64,000 bases of DNA from Spirulina sp. (GTDB lineage Bacteria > Cyanobacteriota > Cyanobacteriia > Phormidesmidales > Phormidesmidaceae), in contig JBIPSI010000011.1 of NCBI GenBank assembly GCA_044070495.1, forward strand, positions 1-64,000. Reading direction: 5' to 3'. Shown here piece by piece: positions 1-8,988 of this stretch; positions within the stretch are counted from its first letter, which is position 1, and every line of letters starts with the position of its first letter. Under the pieces are notes generated by a model. That model had not been told where the DNA came from. It saw only the letters and a program-made list of their open reading frames with translations, and ran no database searches. The translations under genes were made by a program, and so were the position numbers.

Positions 1-1
1 T

Positions 2-343
2 GGACGTGCTGTTTTTGTAGAACCTGGCGCTAAGCACAGTACATCCTCTGGCACCATTGCTTTTCTAGAGGAACAAAAGAAGCACGATCCTACCTGGATT
101 GAGCGAGATGTGGTGCTAGAAGAAATTGATGAAATTGCGCGCGCCTCTAATTTTTCTGGCCTCACCCTTGTGCCCATGCCGCATTTAGGCTCATTTGTGC
201 GCTACGACGTGAGCGAGTGGGCGCAGTTTCGCTCACTTCTTCCCAACCCTCAAAAGACTTTGCTTCGTAGGGGATTGTGCGATCATCTAGCTACTCTCAA
301 CTACAATGATCGAGTTATCTTTTATGTTGATCGCTTAGGCTAG
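2..343 (+). CDS. C-terminal part of a probable class I SAM-dependent methyltransferase (truncated by the window start)
   Basis: Frame open from base 2 (GRAVFVEPG..., resembling the strand after the LKPGG motif of Methyltransf_11 proteins) to TAG at 343. Confidence 0.5.
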   Translation, partial: GRAVFVEPGAKHSTSSGTIAFLEEQKKHDPTWIERDVVLEEIDEIARASNFSGLTLVPMPHLGSFVRYDVSEWAQFRSLLPNPQKTLLRRGLCDHLATLNYNDRVIFYVDRLG

Positions 344-468
344 GAACGCTACCTAGTCTAATGATGAGGCTGACAGAGATTCTAGATTCTAGATTACAGG
401 GGACATGAGTAAAGCAACTCAGTCTGGGTATCTCTGTCTAGCCCCATCATATTTTGGTGGTAATTGAG

Positions 469-1578
469 CTACAAAGAACCCTGGATACTAGACCTATCTC
501 TGAACAAAGAAGTTCGCTCGGTTTTTTGGGCCAAGATGGAAATATTGCCAGGATTACTTAATCGTTCCACCAACGATTTCCCGCTGTTAGGATTTTTACC
601 TGTTACAAATTTCACAACCCCATGGTGTTCTTCTGTCCAGGAGATTTTGTCTGGCCAGAATAGCGTAATATCCTCGGTGTGCAGACGTAGGGCAAAGATG
701 CTTTCTAGCAGTGAAAAGGCCAAATACTTGTCAGCTAGTAGGGATTCTGCATCTTCTTGCTGAGGCTCGATGTAGGGCTTCATAATTTCGAGCGACACTG
801 TATCTACACTCTTTACACCATGGGTGTTAGGCACAGATGCTATACGCCGACGTTTGCGGATGTCAGCAAGCTTGACATCTTCATACACGCGAAAATCGTC
901 TGGGAGCAGAGAAAGGGGTGGAGCATCAAACAGGGGTGGAGTCATGGGCTCATCAATGATGATGATTTTCCCGTCAATTTTACAAACCCTGAAAAACTCA
1001 AAAATTGCTGAGTAATACTTCAGCATATGATGGAGTGCTTGGCGGATAATTACAAAGTCAAAGCTTTCTTCTTCAAAGGGCAAGCACTCTCCATCCCCAC
1101 AAACCCAGTCCGCAGAAAGGCCCCTATCCTTTGTGGCCGATGCATAAAGCTGAACCAGATTAGGCACAATATCTAAAGCTATGATCTTTTTGCATCGTGA
1201 ATGGAAAAATTCGAGTTCTGAGAAAGAACAGCCTACGATTAAAACATTGGCTTCTGAGAGATCAATGCCAAACTTATTCAGTAGCTCCTGGCTGTTGCTA
1301 TCCTCAAAAATATTCCTTTGCTCATGCACTTCAGGAGGAATTACCTTTGTGTTGTACTCTTCCTCGCCCTTAATTTCATCAGCCTTCTTGTCCTGGTTCT
1401 CGTCTTTGATAAGCATGACTGGGACGCCATTATCTATAGAGAAATGACTGCCACATGAATTGCAGGACAGATGGGATCTATCGTCAGAGAGATAGGGATG
1501 GGAGAGACACACAGGGCAGACTAACTTCCTGATAAGATCAGGCGTGAACTGCTGACTCAGCTCTTCAGTTAATATCAT
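469..1578 (-). CDS. Trm112-like zinc-ribbon domain fused to a class I SAM methyltransferase
   Basis: N-terminal LVCPVC...LSCNSC...IDNGVPVML; VLIVGC, CGDGECLPFEEESFDFV, ALHH and RVCKIDG methyltransferase motifs. Confidence 0.75.
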   Translation of the reverse strand: MILTEELSQQFTPDLIRKLVCPVCLSHPYLSDDRSHLSCNSCGSHFSIDNGVPVMLIKDENQDKKADEIKGEEEYNTKVIPPEVHEQRNIFEDSNSQELLNKFGIDLSEANVLIVGCSFSELEFFHSRCKKIIALDIVPNLVQLYASATKDRGLSADWVCGDGECLPFEEESFDFVIIRQALHHMLKYYSAIFEFFRVCKIDGKIIIIDEPMTPPLFDAPPLSLLPDDFRVYEDVKLADIRKRRRIASVPNTHGVKSVDTVSLEIMKPYIEPQQEDAESLLADKYLAFSLLESIFALRLHTEDITLFWPDKISWTEEHHGVVKFVTGKNPNSGKSLVERLSNPGNISILAQKTERTSLFRDRSSIQGSL

Positions 1579-1759
1579 GGCTACCTAGCTACGGCATTTC
1601 CCGTGGATTATACCAGGTGCAGGCTAAGGCACACCCTCGGTTGGCGAGCCTCATATCGGCATCGGTCTTTAGTAGTAGTAGCTGGGCTAATCGCCGCATT
1701 GGCAGATATCACGGTCGGCAATGCTGGGATGCTCCAACCCCCGCCCCCGACGATTGCTC

Positions 1760-2068
1760 GAAAACCCTGCCACCGCTGTTCTGTGATTTGCGCCTGACGA
1801 GCACGACTCGGTACAGACGGCTCCCACGCCGGTAGGCTCAAGGTGCCACCGCACACCAAGGCGGTCACCATCCAGCCCAGGGCTTTGAGATGTCTGAGGT
1901 TATGGCGGTGGCTGCATTGCCGTAGCCAGGACAGCATTGGATCATAGAGACCCAGGTAGTGGCTGACATGGCCTAGACCCTGAGATGCACACATTTCAGC
2001 GTCGCCTGTCACTTCGCCCTTTTTCTCGCTTGTTACAACGTTGCGGGCCTTGCGCCCACTTGTGTCAG
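1760..2068 (-). pseudogene. Truncated IS4-like transposase remnant with one probable IS end
   Basis: LYDPMLSWLRQCSHRHNLRHLKALGWMVTALVCGGTLSLPAWEP...RARQAQITEQRWQGF resembles the N-terminus of cyanobacterial IS4-type transposases. No DDE core follows. Putative end CTGACACAAGTGGG starts at 2068 on the minus strand. Confidence 0.6.
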
Positions 2069-2391
2069 ATCGTCAACGATGCGACTGGGGGCGCAATGGA
2101 TGATGCAGCCCAACCGTTTTTGTGGATGGCTTTGGCTAGAGATGGACAAGGCGATATTTTGCAACGGAGATATTTTAGTTCTAATGAACTATTCCTAACG
2201 CAATCATCCCGAATCTTATGAAAAAATTTATCTATTTTTTTGCTGATTTCAGATGTTAGTTGCTGTAGGTGTATGGGCAACCTGAAGAAGACAACGCAAG
2301 CACAAGCTATCAAACTTTAAGTAAGTTCGGTTCGATAAGTTCGATCCCCATACTTACTTTGTCTTACTGACATCAAGTAACGTGATTCACC

Positions 2392-3738
2392 ATGAACTTA
2401 GAAGAAGCTCTACAGCACTTGCCAACTGATGCGTCTGAAGCGGAGGTAGTCGATAAATTTGTCCAGGCTTTTTTGGAGGCTTTGGGATTTAGTGATTTAG
2501 AAAGGATTCGAGAGTTTCCTGCTGGAGGTCGAAACGGAGTTGACGTTGCCGTACGCAAGAATTTAGATGGCGATATTTTTACTGAAAATAAAAATAATCC
2601 CTTTTTATATGTTGAAGCAAAAGCAAGGTCTAAAAATTTAGGCGATGAAAAACATCGTCATTACTGCGACACAGTTGAACAACTTAAGCGATACCTCCAT
2701 GCGCCTGTCTCTCATTCAGTTGCTTGGGGAATTATTACCAATTCTGCACATATCCAACTTTTTCGCAAACATGGCAAGATAGTCCATCCTGTAACTCCAT
2801 GCCTCTCAACAGGAGACAATATTCAGAAAATTGTGGATGACTTCAAGAAAATCATTTCAATGCCCAAACGCACCTTGACTATTGCTGTTTATAACAACAA
2901 AGGCGGAGTTGGCAAAACGACAACTACGCTGAATATGGCGGCCACTCTCATCAGAGAAGGCAAAAAGGTATTGATTGTAGATTTTGATCCAAGTCAAAGC
3001 GATTTAGGAGACGCCTTAAATCTTTCACCTCTGGATGGAGAGTTGCTAGAAGTTCTTAAGAGCAAAAACAGTGATGCAAAAGCGGCTATTTCAACATACA
3101 AATTTGAGCATCCTAGTCTAAAAAGTCCTTGGTGCATCGACATTATCCGTGCTGACTCAAGAATGGCTAATGATGTCGATGAAAATGATCTAAGGCAGCA
3201 TCTAAAGCTTCACGCGCTCAAGCGGTCTTTGGAATCTGTATCAAATGAATATGATTACATTCTAATTGATACACCTCCCAACTGGCGGATCTTTTCCCAG
3301 CAAGCTATCTATGCTGCGGATGTTGTTCTAATTCCTGCTCGTCATGATAATCTTCACTCCTTGCAGAACGCAGGCACAGCCATTGCCAAATATATTCCTG
3401 AGATTCAGCGAAAGCGTCAAGAACTAGAGGGAGAGGCTGGCCCTATTGCATTACCAATATTTATGAATAATGCATTCAAAGAAACTTCTCATCAAAAGCA
3501 ATTGATGCATAATGCTATTGCAAAAATAATCAAGGAAACGAGAAAGGAGATGAATGGCTTTGATTTGCTCCCTTATTTCTATCCACGTTATAAGGCTAGC
3601 AATAAAGATCTCACCATGATATCAATTCCTTATATGGCCTATATTTCACGGGCTGATTTTATGCATATACCAGCAGCCTTTGGATTCAAAGTTGCCCGTG
3701 AACAGTACCAGCAAATTGCAAAGGAGTATTTTCTATAA
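2392..3738 (+). CDS. Type I restriction HsdR N-terminal-like (PD-(D/E)xK) nuclease domain fused to a ParA/Soj ATPase
   Basis: EAEVVDKFV...LEALG, VDVAV, YVEAK, QLKRY, WGIITN (HSDR_N-like); then YNNKGGVGKTTT, IVDFDPSQ, YILIDTPP (ParA). Confidence 0.85.
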   Translation: MNLEEALQHLPTDASEAEVVDKFVQAFLEALGFSDLERIREFPAGGRNGVDVAVRKNLDGDIFTENKNNPFLYVEAKARSKNLGDEKHRHYCDTVEQLKRYLHAPVSHSVAWGIITNSAHIQLFRKHGKIVHPVTPCLSTGDNIQKIVDDFKKIISMPKRTLTIAVYNNKGGVGKTTTTLNMAATLIREGKKVLIVDFDPSQSDLGDALNLSPLDGELLEVLKSKNSDAKAAISTYKFEHPSLKSPWCIDIIRADSRMANDVDENDLRQHLKLHALKRSLESVSNEYDYILIDTPPNWRIFSQQAIYAADVVLIPARHDNLHSLQNAGTAIAKYIPEIQRKRQELEGEAGPIALPIFMNNAFKETSHQKQLMHNAIAKIIKETRKEMNGFDLLPYFYPRYKASNKDLTMISIPYMAYISRADFMHIPAAFGFKVAREQYQQIAKEYFL

Positions 3739-4568
3739 TGTCTCTATCTGATGTTGGCAACTTAATGTGCATCCCAATTGATGAAATTGAACCGGGAGAA
3801 ACGCCTGAGATTCATCAATATGTTCTTCAATTTACCGCCAGACAGTTTAATGGAAATAGCCGAAATTGGATTCCTGTAATCGTTAAAGAAATTGGCCTAG
3901 ATCGGTATCAGGTTATTGCAAATTCATTTGTCTATGCTGCGGCTGTTGAGGCAGGTCTCGAAGAAATTTGGTGCATTATTGCAGAAGACACGCCTGAAGT
4001 AGCTCAGTTAAGCCAAGCCCTAGCCCAAGAAACCCCGCCTAAAACTAATCTGTCAACCGCAGAGCGTGATGAAATATCAGCAGCTTTAGATTACCTCATG
4101 AAGCAGCCTGGAACATCGCTAAAAGGTGTTCGATCAGCTTCTGTGGTGGCTCGTTTGGATGAGGCTCCGCGTGAATATTGGCAAGATTTGAAACCGATCA
4201 CCAAACTTGGTTGTGGCATTACAGGGGCAGCCAAACTTAAAGCTCTGGAACAAGTTTTTTACCTTACCCCTCAGCCCATACCTGAAATCACTACTGATTG
4301 TCGTCTGCTAGAGATGATGACGGTTGGAGAATTGAAAGCGATGGCTAAAAAGCAAGGGCTAACAGATTACACCAAGCTTAAGCAACCGGATCTAGTGAAA
4401 TTGCTATCCAATCCTCCTGAGCCTAGGCCAGAAGCCACTAGCGATAGCCGTCCGCTAGAAAAGATGACCATCAAAGAGCTGAAAGCTATGGCAGAGGAAA
4501 AAGGGTTAACGGGCTTTGCCAAATTCAAGAAGCCAGAATTGGTGAAGCTGTTGGCCGAAGCTGACTGA
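3738..4568 (+). CDS. ParB/Srx-like N-terminal domain protein with two C-terminal Rho_N-like helical repeats
   Basis: IPIDEIEP...WIPVIVKEIGLDRYQVIA (ParB-like fold); two copies of LExMT(V/I)xELKAMAxxxGLTxxxKxKxPxLVKLL; TAATG stop/start overlap with the upstream gene. Confidence 0.7.
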   Translation: MSLSDVGNLMCIPIDEIEPGETPEIHQYVLQFTARQFNGNSRNWIPVIVKEIGLDRYQVIANSFVYAAAVEAGLEEIWCIIAEDTPEVAQLSQALAQETPPKTNLSTAERDEISAALDYLMKQPGTSLKGVRSASVVARLDEAPREYWQDLKPITKLGCGITGAAKLKALEQVFYLTPQPIPEITTDCRLLEMMTVGELKAMAKKQGLTDYTKLKQPDLVKLLSNPPEPRPEATSDSRPLEKMTIKELKAMAEEKGLTGFAKFKKPELVKLLAEAD

Positions 4569-4686
4569 CAAAATTTACCAGAATCCAGATTCATCAAAGG
4601 GTCAGGAGACCTGACCCCTACATTATCCGAAGGCTGTAGGGGCGTGATTGCCGCGCCCGGTGCAAAGGCTTTTGTTAGGCAACCAG
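4562..4686. repeat. MITE-like repeat family A (degenerate copy) containing a GTAG-type REP pair
   Basis: Reverse-complement homologue of 12433-12562; ends TGACTGACAAAA / TTTTGTTAGGCAACCAG; internal GGGTCAGGAGACCTGACCCCTAC...GTAGGGGCG. Confidence 0.85.
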
Positions 4687-4884
4687 TCAGCTTGCACCCT
4701 TGCCCGTTTGCCAACACCTAGGAACCTGTGGGCCATTGGGCTGTCTCTTGTGGTCATAGACCATGGATGGCGGGGGTGTGGTTGGCATCTGCACATAAAA
4801 TGAATAGTTGGTTATATAGTAAAAGCTAATACCGTTCGATTGCATAACTATCCAGTCCACTGTTTTGTTCAGGAGTGTTGCCCT

Positions 4885-5964
4885 GTGAATACACCGCTGA
4901 TTTTCCGCCAACTGTTCGACGCCGATTCCTCCACCTACACCTACCTCCTGGCCGATCCAGACACCAAAGAAGCCGTGTTGATCGACCCCGTGTTTGAGCA
5001 GCACCTGCGGGATCGGGCCTTACTAGAAGAATTGGATCTGAAGCTGCTGTATACCCTAGACACCCACTGCCACGCCGACCACGTTACCGGGGCTTGGCTC
5101 ATGCAGCAGGCCGTTGGCTCCAAAATTGGCATCTCCGGGCGCTACGGCGACATGCTCAGCGGGGCCGATTACTTGCTGGATCATGGCGACGTGGTGAAAT
5201 TTGGCCACCGCAGCCTCGAAGTCCGCGCCACCCCCGGCCACACCGACGGCTGCGCCACCTTCGTTTTAGACGATCATTCCATGGCCTTCACCGGCGACTG
5301 TTTATTGATCCGCAGTGCCGGACGCTGCGACTTTCAGCAGGGCAACGCCAGCACCATGTATCAATCCATCACCGAGCAAATCTTTAGCCTGCCCGACGAT
5401 TGCCTGGTGTGGCCCGCCCACGACTACAGTGGCCGCACGGTCTCCAGCGTCAAAGAAGAAAAACTCTACAACCCCCGCATTGGCGGCGAGGCCGACGAGC
5501 GCGACTTTGTCGGCTACATGGACAACCTGGGCCTACCCCACCCCAAGAAAATCGACATCGCCATCCCCGCCAACTGCATCTGTGGCCGCACCGAAGACGG
5601 CACCATGCCCGTGATTGCCGATTGGGGGCCAGTGCGCCAAACCTACTCCGGCATCAAAGAAATTGAACCCCAGTGGGTGGCCGAAAACCTGGCCCAGGTC
5701 AACGTGCTCGACGTGCGCGGCGTAGAAGAATTTAACGACGAACTGGGCCACATCCACGGTGCCCAACTGGTGCCCCTCCACGAATTAGATCAGCGGGTAG
5801 GAGAAGTCTCCACCGATCAGCCCGTGGTAACGGTGTGCAAATCCGGTCGTCGTTCTGGGCAAGCCAGCGTCATCCTCAAAAAGAAAGGCATCAACGAAGT
5901 CGCCAGTATGCGCGGCGGCATGTTGAAGTGGACCAACTCGAATCTCCCCGTCGCCCGCGGCTAG
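4885..5964 (+). CDS. MBL-fold persulfide dioxygenase (ETHE1-like)-rhodanese fusion
   Basis: FRQLFDADSSTYTYLL, THCHADH, TPGHT, FTGDCLLIR, PAHDY; C-terminal rhodanese LDVR...VCKSGRRS; GTG start after AGGAG at 4871. Confidence 0.9.
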   Translation: MNTPLIFRQLFDADSSTYTYLLADPDTKEAVLIDPVFEQHLRDRALLEELDLKLLYTLDTHCHADHVTGAWLMQQAVGSKIGISGRYGDMLSGADYLLDHGDVVKFGHRSLEVRATPGHTDGCATFVLDDHSMAFTGDCLLIRSAGRCDFQQGNASTMYQSITEQIFSLPDDCLVWPAHDYSGRTVSSVKEEKLYNPRIGGEADERDFVGYMDNLGLPHPKKIDIAIPANCICGRTEDGTMPVIADWGPVRQTYSGIKEIEPQWVAENLAQVNVLDVRGVEEFNDELGHIHGAQLVPLHELDQRVGEVSTDQPVVTVCKSGRRSGQASVILKKKGINEVASMRGGMLKWTNSNLPVARG

Positions 5965-5997
5965 GCCGCCCTTACGGGAAGCAAGCTACACCCCCCG

Positions 5998-6163
5998 CCC
6001 CTCTCCAAGGCAGGAGAGGGGTGTGGGAGCCGAGTTCCCTGAAGGAGCCTTGGACTTCCAGTCCAAGGCTCAGGGCAGAAATCCTCTAAAGAGGATTGGG
6101 GGGCGAGTTCCCCAGTCTGCTTCAGCAGACTTGCGCCATGAGCCAGGGAGTTCACTCCCTGGT
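5998..6163. repeat. Cluster of REP-like hairpins
   Basis: CCCCTCTCC-N6-GGAGAGGGG; GAGCCTTGGACT-TCC-AGTCCAAGGCTC; AATCCTCT-AA-AGAGGATT; AGTCTGCT-TC-AGCAGACT; CCAGGGAGT-TC-ACTCCCTGG. Confidence 0.75.
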
Positions 6164-6318
6164 GGCGGTGGCCGAGGGCCAAGCTCTGCGAACGAGCATT
6201 TCGCCAACCACAGCAACGATCACGTCACCCAGCCCAGAGCAAAAAGGGCTAACGCTTGTTTGGGGGCGGGTGTATAGTAGGAAATTACGTGATTTGCTGT
6301 GCCTCAGGAGAACCGAGC

Positions 6319-7197
6319 TTGACTTTTTCCACCGAAGATTTCGCCAAAGCCCTGGAAGCCCACAGCTACGATTTTCAGGTGGGCAGCACCGTTCGCGGCA
6401 CGATTATTGCCCTAGCCAACGATGGCGCAACCGTTGATATTGGGGGCAAGTCCTCCGCCTTTATGCCCATCCGCGAGGCCGAGGTGAGGGCCGTCCACAG
6501 CCTAGAGGGGCTGCTGGAGGTGGGCGCAGAATATGCGTTCCAGGTGATCAGCGACCAGGATGCGGACGGCCAAGTGCGGCTCTCCATCCGCAAGCTGAAG
6601 GTCAAACAGCTTTGGGAAAAGCTGACTGAAATGGCGGCCCAAAGTGCGGCCATGGAGGCCAAAGTGACGGGCTTCAACAAGGGCGGCGTGACGGTAGATG
6701 TGGAAGGGTTGCGCGGTTTTGTGCCCCGGTCTCACCTCAGCAGTGCCCCAGAATCCCTAGAGGAACTGGTGGGCCAGCGCATCACCGTGGGCTTTTTGGA
6801 AGTGAGCCAAGCCAACAACAAACTGGTGATGTCTCAACGGGCGGCGGCGCGTACCCAGGTGATGGGCGAGCTAGAACTGGGGCAACTCATCCATGGCACC
6901 GTGGCCAGCCTCAAACCCTTTGGGGCCTTTGTGGATTTCAACGGCATTACTGGCCTGCTGCACATCAAGCAAATCAGCAAAAACTATATTGAGAACCTAT
7001 CCTCGGTGTTGCAGGTGGGGCAATCCATTAAGGCGGTAGTCGTCGCCCTAGATTGGGAGCGCAACCGCATTTCCCTGTCTACCCGCGCCCTCGAAAAATA
7101 TCCCGGCGAGTTCATCAAAGAGCCGGAGGTGGTGATGGCCGAGGCCGAAAACCGCCTGGGCGATGTGGGTCGGATGCTAGCCGAAAGCGAGGCTTAG
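6319..7197 (+). CDS. S1 RNA-binding domain protein (30S ribosomal protein S1 homologue, three S1 domains)
   Basis: VDIGGKSSAFMP, NKGGVTVDVEGLRGFVPRSH, KPFGAFVDF...GLLHI; TTG start after AGGAG. Confidence 0.9.
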   Translation: MTFSTEDFAKALEAHSYDFQVGSTVRGTIIALANDGATVDIGGKSSAFMPIREAEVRAVHSLEGLLEVGAEYAFQVISDQDADGQVRLSIRKLKVKQLWEKLTEMAAQSAAMEAKVTGFNKGGVTVDVEGLRGFVPRSHLSSAPESLEELVGQRITVGFLEVSQANNKLVMSQRAAARTQVMGELELGQLIHGTVASLKPFGAFVDFNGITGLLHIKQISKNYIENLSSVLQVGQSIKAVVVALDWERNRISLSTRALEKYPGEFIKEPEVVMAEAENRLGDVGRMLAESEA

Positions 7198-7201
7198 AAA
7201 A

Positions 7202-8065
7202 ATGGGCACCGTTTGGGAACTGGATTTTTACTCCCGGCCCTTGCTGGATGAAAACAACAAGCGCCGCTGGGAGGTGCTGATCTGCGAGGGCATCGTAGAC
7301 ACTCAGGCGAACCCTGAGGAAGGCTTTCGCTACAGCAAGTTTGTGACCAATACCGAGGTCAACTCCAACACGCTGCAAGCGGCCCTAGAGGAAGCCATCG
7401 CCCAGGCCCCTACGCCGCCTTCGGGGATTCGCTACTTCCGCTACCAAATGCAGAACATGATCCAGCGGGCCTGCGATGGCGTGAGCTTAACGGCCCGCCC
7501 CAGCCGCCGAACCCTGGCCCTAAACCAATGGCTAGCGGAACGTAACCAGTCCTTCTACCCCCAGCAGGAGGGCTACACCACCGCCCCTACCCCCAGCGTG
7601 GCCGCGCCGCCGCCCACCCCCCGCGCCCTGCCCGATGCGCTGATGGGCCAAAAGTGGGCCTTTGTGACGCTGGAGGCCAAGTCCTTTCAGGATCTTCCCG
7701 ACTGGGACATTGGCTTTGGCGAGTCCTTTCCCCTGTCGATGGCCGACGTGGACGACAATGTGGCGATTCCGGGGCTGCTGATTTTCTCCCCCCGCGCCAA
7801 CGCCCTAGCCGCCTGGATGTCGGGCCTAGAACTCTCCCACTGGCGCATTGATATGGGCAAAACGCCGCAGTTAGTACTCGAAACCGGAGCCGCCGATAGC
7901 TGGATTTTGGCCAACCTCGCCAGCCCCTCCCTGCTGGCCGAGGCCCAAATGTTTGAGGCCGCCAAGCGCAAAGCCAACCAGGTTCACTTTTTGGGCGTGC
8001 AAACCAGTTCCAATAGCGAGACCTTTGAGGGCTTCTGGCTCCTGAAAGACCTCCCCCTCGGCTAG
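7202..8065 (+). CDS. Tab2/Atab2 family RNA-binding protein
   Basis: WELDFYSRP...KRRWEVLIC, LPDALMGQKWAFV, LAAWMSGLE, GFWLL. Confidence 0.9.
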   Translation: MGTVWELDFYSRPLLDENNKRRWEVLICEGIVDTQANPEEGFRYSKFVTNTEVNSNTLQAALEEAIAQAPTPPSGIRYFRYQMQNMIQRACDGVSLTARPSRRTLALNQWLAERNQSFYPQQEGYTTAPTPSVAAPPPTPRALPDALMGQKWAFVTLEAKSFQDLPDWDIGFGESFPLSMADVDDNVAIPGLLIFSPRANALAAWMSGLELSHWRIDMGKTPQLVLETGAADSWILANLASPSLLAEAQMFEAAKRKANQVHFLGVQTSSNSETFEGFWLLKDLPLG

Positions 8066-8075
8066 GATATCCCCC

Positions 8076-8927
8076 ATGGCGACCCTGCCCCAGCGCATCT
8101 TCCATTGGCCCCACTGGCGTACTCTGATTCTCTACGGGGTGTTGCTGCTGATTGCCCTGGTGATGGTGTTCCCGATGCTGTGGCTGGTCAGCACCTCCTT
8201 CAAAGGCCCCACGGAAAACCTGCTGGCTGCCCCGCCCCAACTGATTCCCCAATTCCCCACCCTGGACAACTACCGCGAGGTGTGGCGGAGCAATCCTTTT
8301 TTGCAATACTTCCTCAACAGCACCATCGTGGCGGTGCTAACGGTGGCCATTAACCTGCTGCTGTGCTCTCTGGCCGCCTACCCCCTGGCGCGGCTCTCCT
8401 TTGTGGGGCGCGAGACCATCCTGGCCCTGATCGTCGCCACCATCATGATCCCCTTCCAGGTGGTGATGATCCCGCTGTACATCCTGGCGGTGAATTGGGG
8501 CCTGCGCAACAGCTACCTGGGTCTGGTGCTGCCCTACCTGGCCTCCGCCTTCGGCATTTTTCTCATGCGCCAAGCCTTCCAGGGCGTACCCAAGGAACTA
8601 GAGGAAGCCGCCCGTATGGATGGCTGCTCTGATTTGGGCATTTGGTGGAACGTGATGATCCCCGCCACCCGCCCCGCCCTGGTGACCCTGGGTATCTTCG
8701 TCTTCATCGGCACCTGGAGCGAATTCCTTTGGCCGCTAATTTTGCTCGACCAACCCGAACGCTACACCTTGCCCCTAGGGGTGGCCCGTCTAGCCGGAAG
8801 CTTCTCCCTCGACTGGCGCTTAATTGCGGCAGGGTCGATCCTCTCGGTACTGCCTGCCATTCTGGTGTTTGTGCTGCTTCAGCGCTACATTGTGCCCACC
8901 GAAACGGGCAGCGGGGTGAAGGGGTAA
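8076..8927 (+). CDS. Carbohydrate ABC transporter permease (MalG/LacG-like)
   Basis: Multiple TM helices; EAA loop PKELEEAARMDG; W.EFLWPL. Confidence 0.9.
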   Translation: MATLPQRIFHWPHWRTLILYGVLLLIALVMVFPMLWLVSTSFKGPTENLLAAPPQLIPQFPTLDNYREVWRSNPFLQYFLNSTIVAVLTVAINLLLCSLAAYPLARLSFVGRETILALIVATIMIPFQVVMIPLYILAVNWGLRNSYLGLVLPYLASAFGIFLMRQAFQGVPKELEEAARMDGCSDLGIWWNVMIPATRPALVTLGIFVFIGTWSEFLWPLILLDQPERYTLPLGVARLAGSFSLDWRLIAAGSILSVLPAILVFVLLQRYIVPTETGSGVKG

Positions 8928-8988
8928 GATGAACGTATTACAGGCATCGTTGTGGTATGGATCCTAAAAACCTAGGCTGAGAAAGGGC

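Noticed and set aside
2392..4568. Ordinary plasmid or chromosome parAB locus
   Set aside because: Nuclease fusion, no GxRR motif in the partner, and no replicon or parS repeats seen.
7587..8306. 239-aa minus-strand ORF
   Set aside because: Overlaps Tab2 and the permease on the opposite strand; low-complexity translation.
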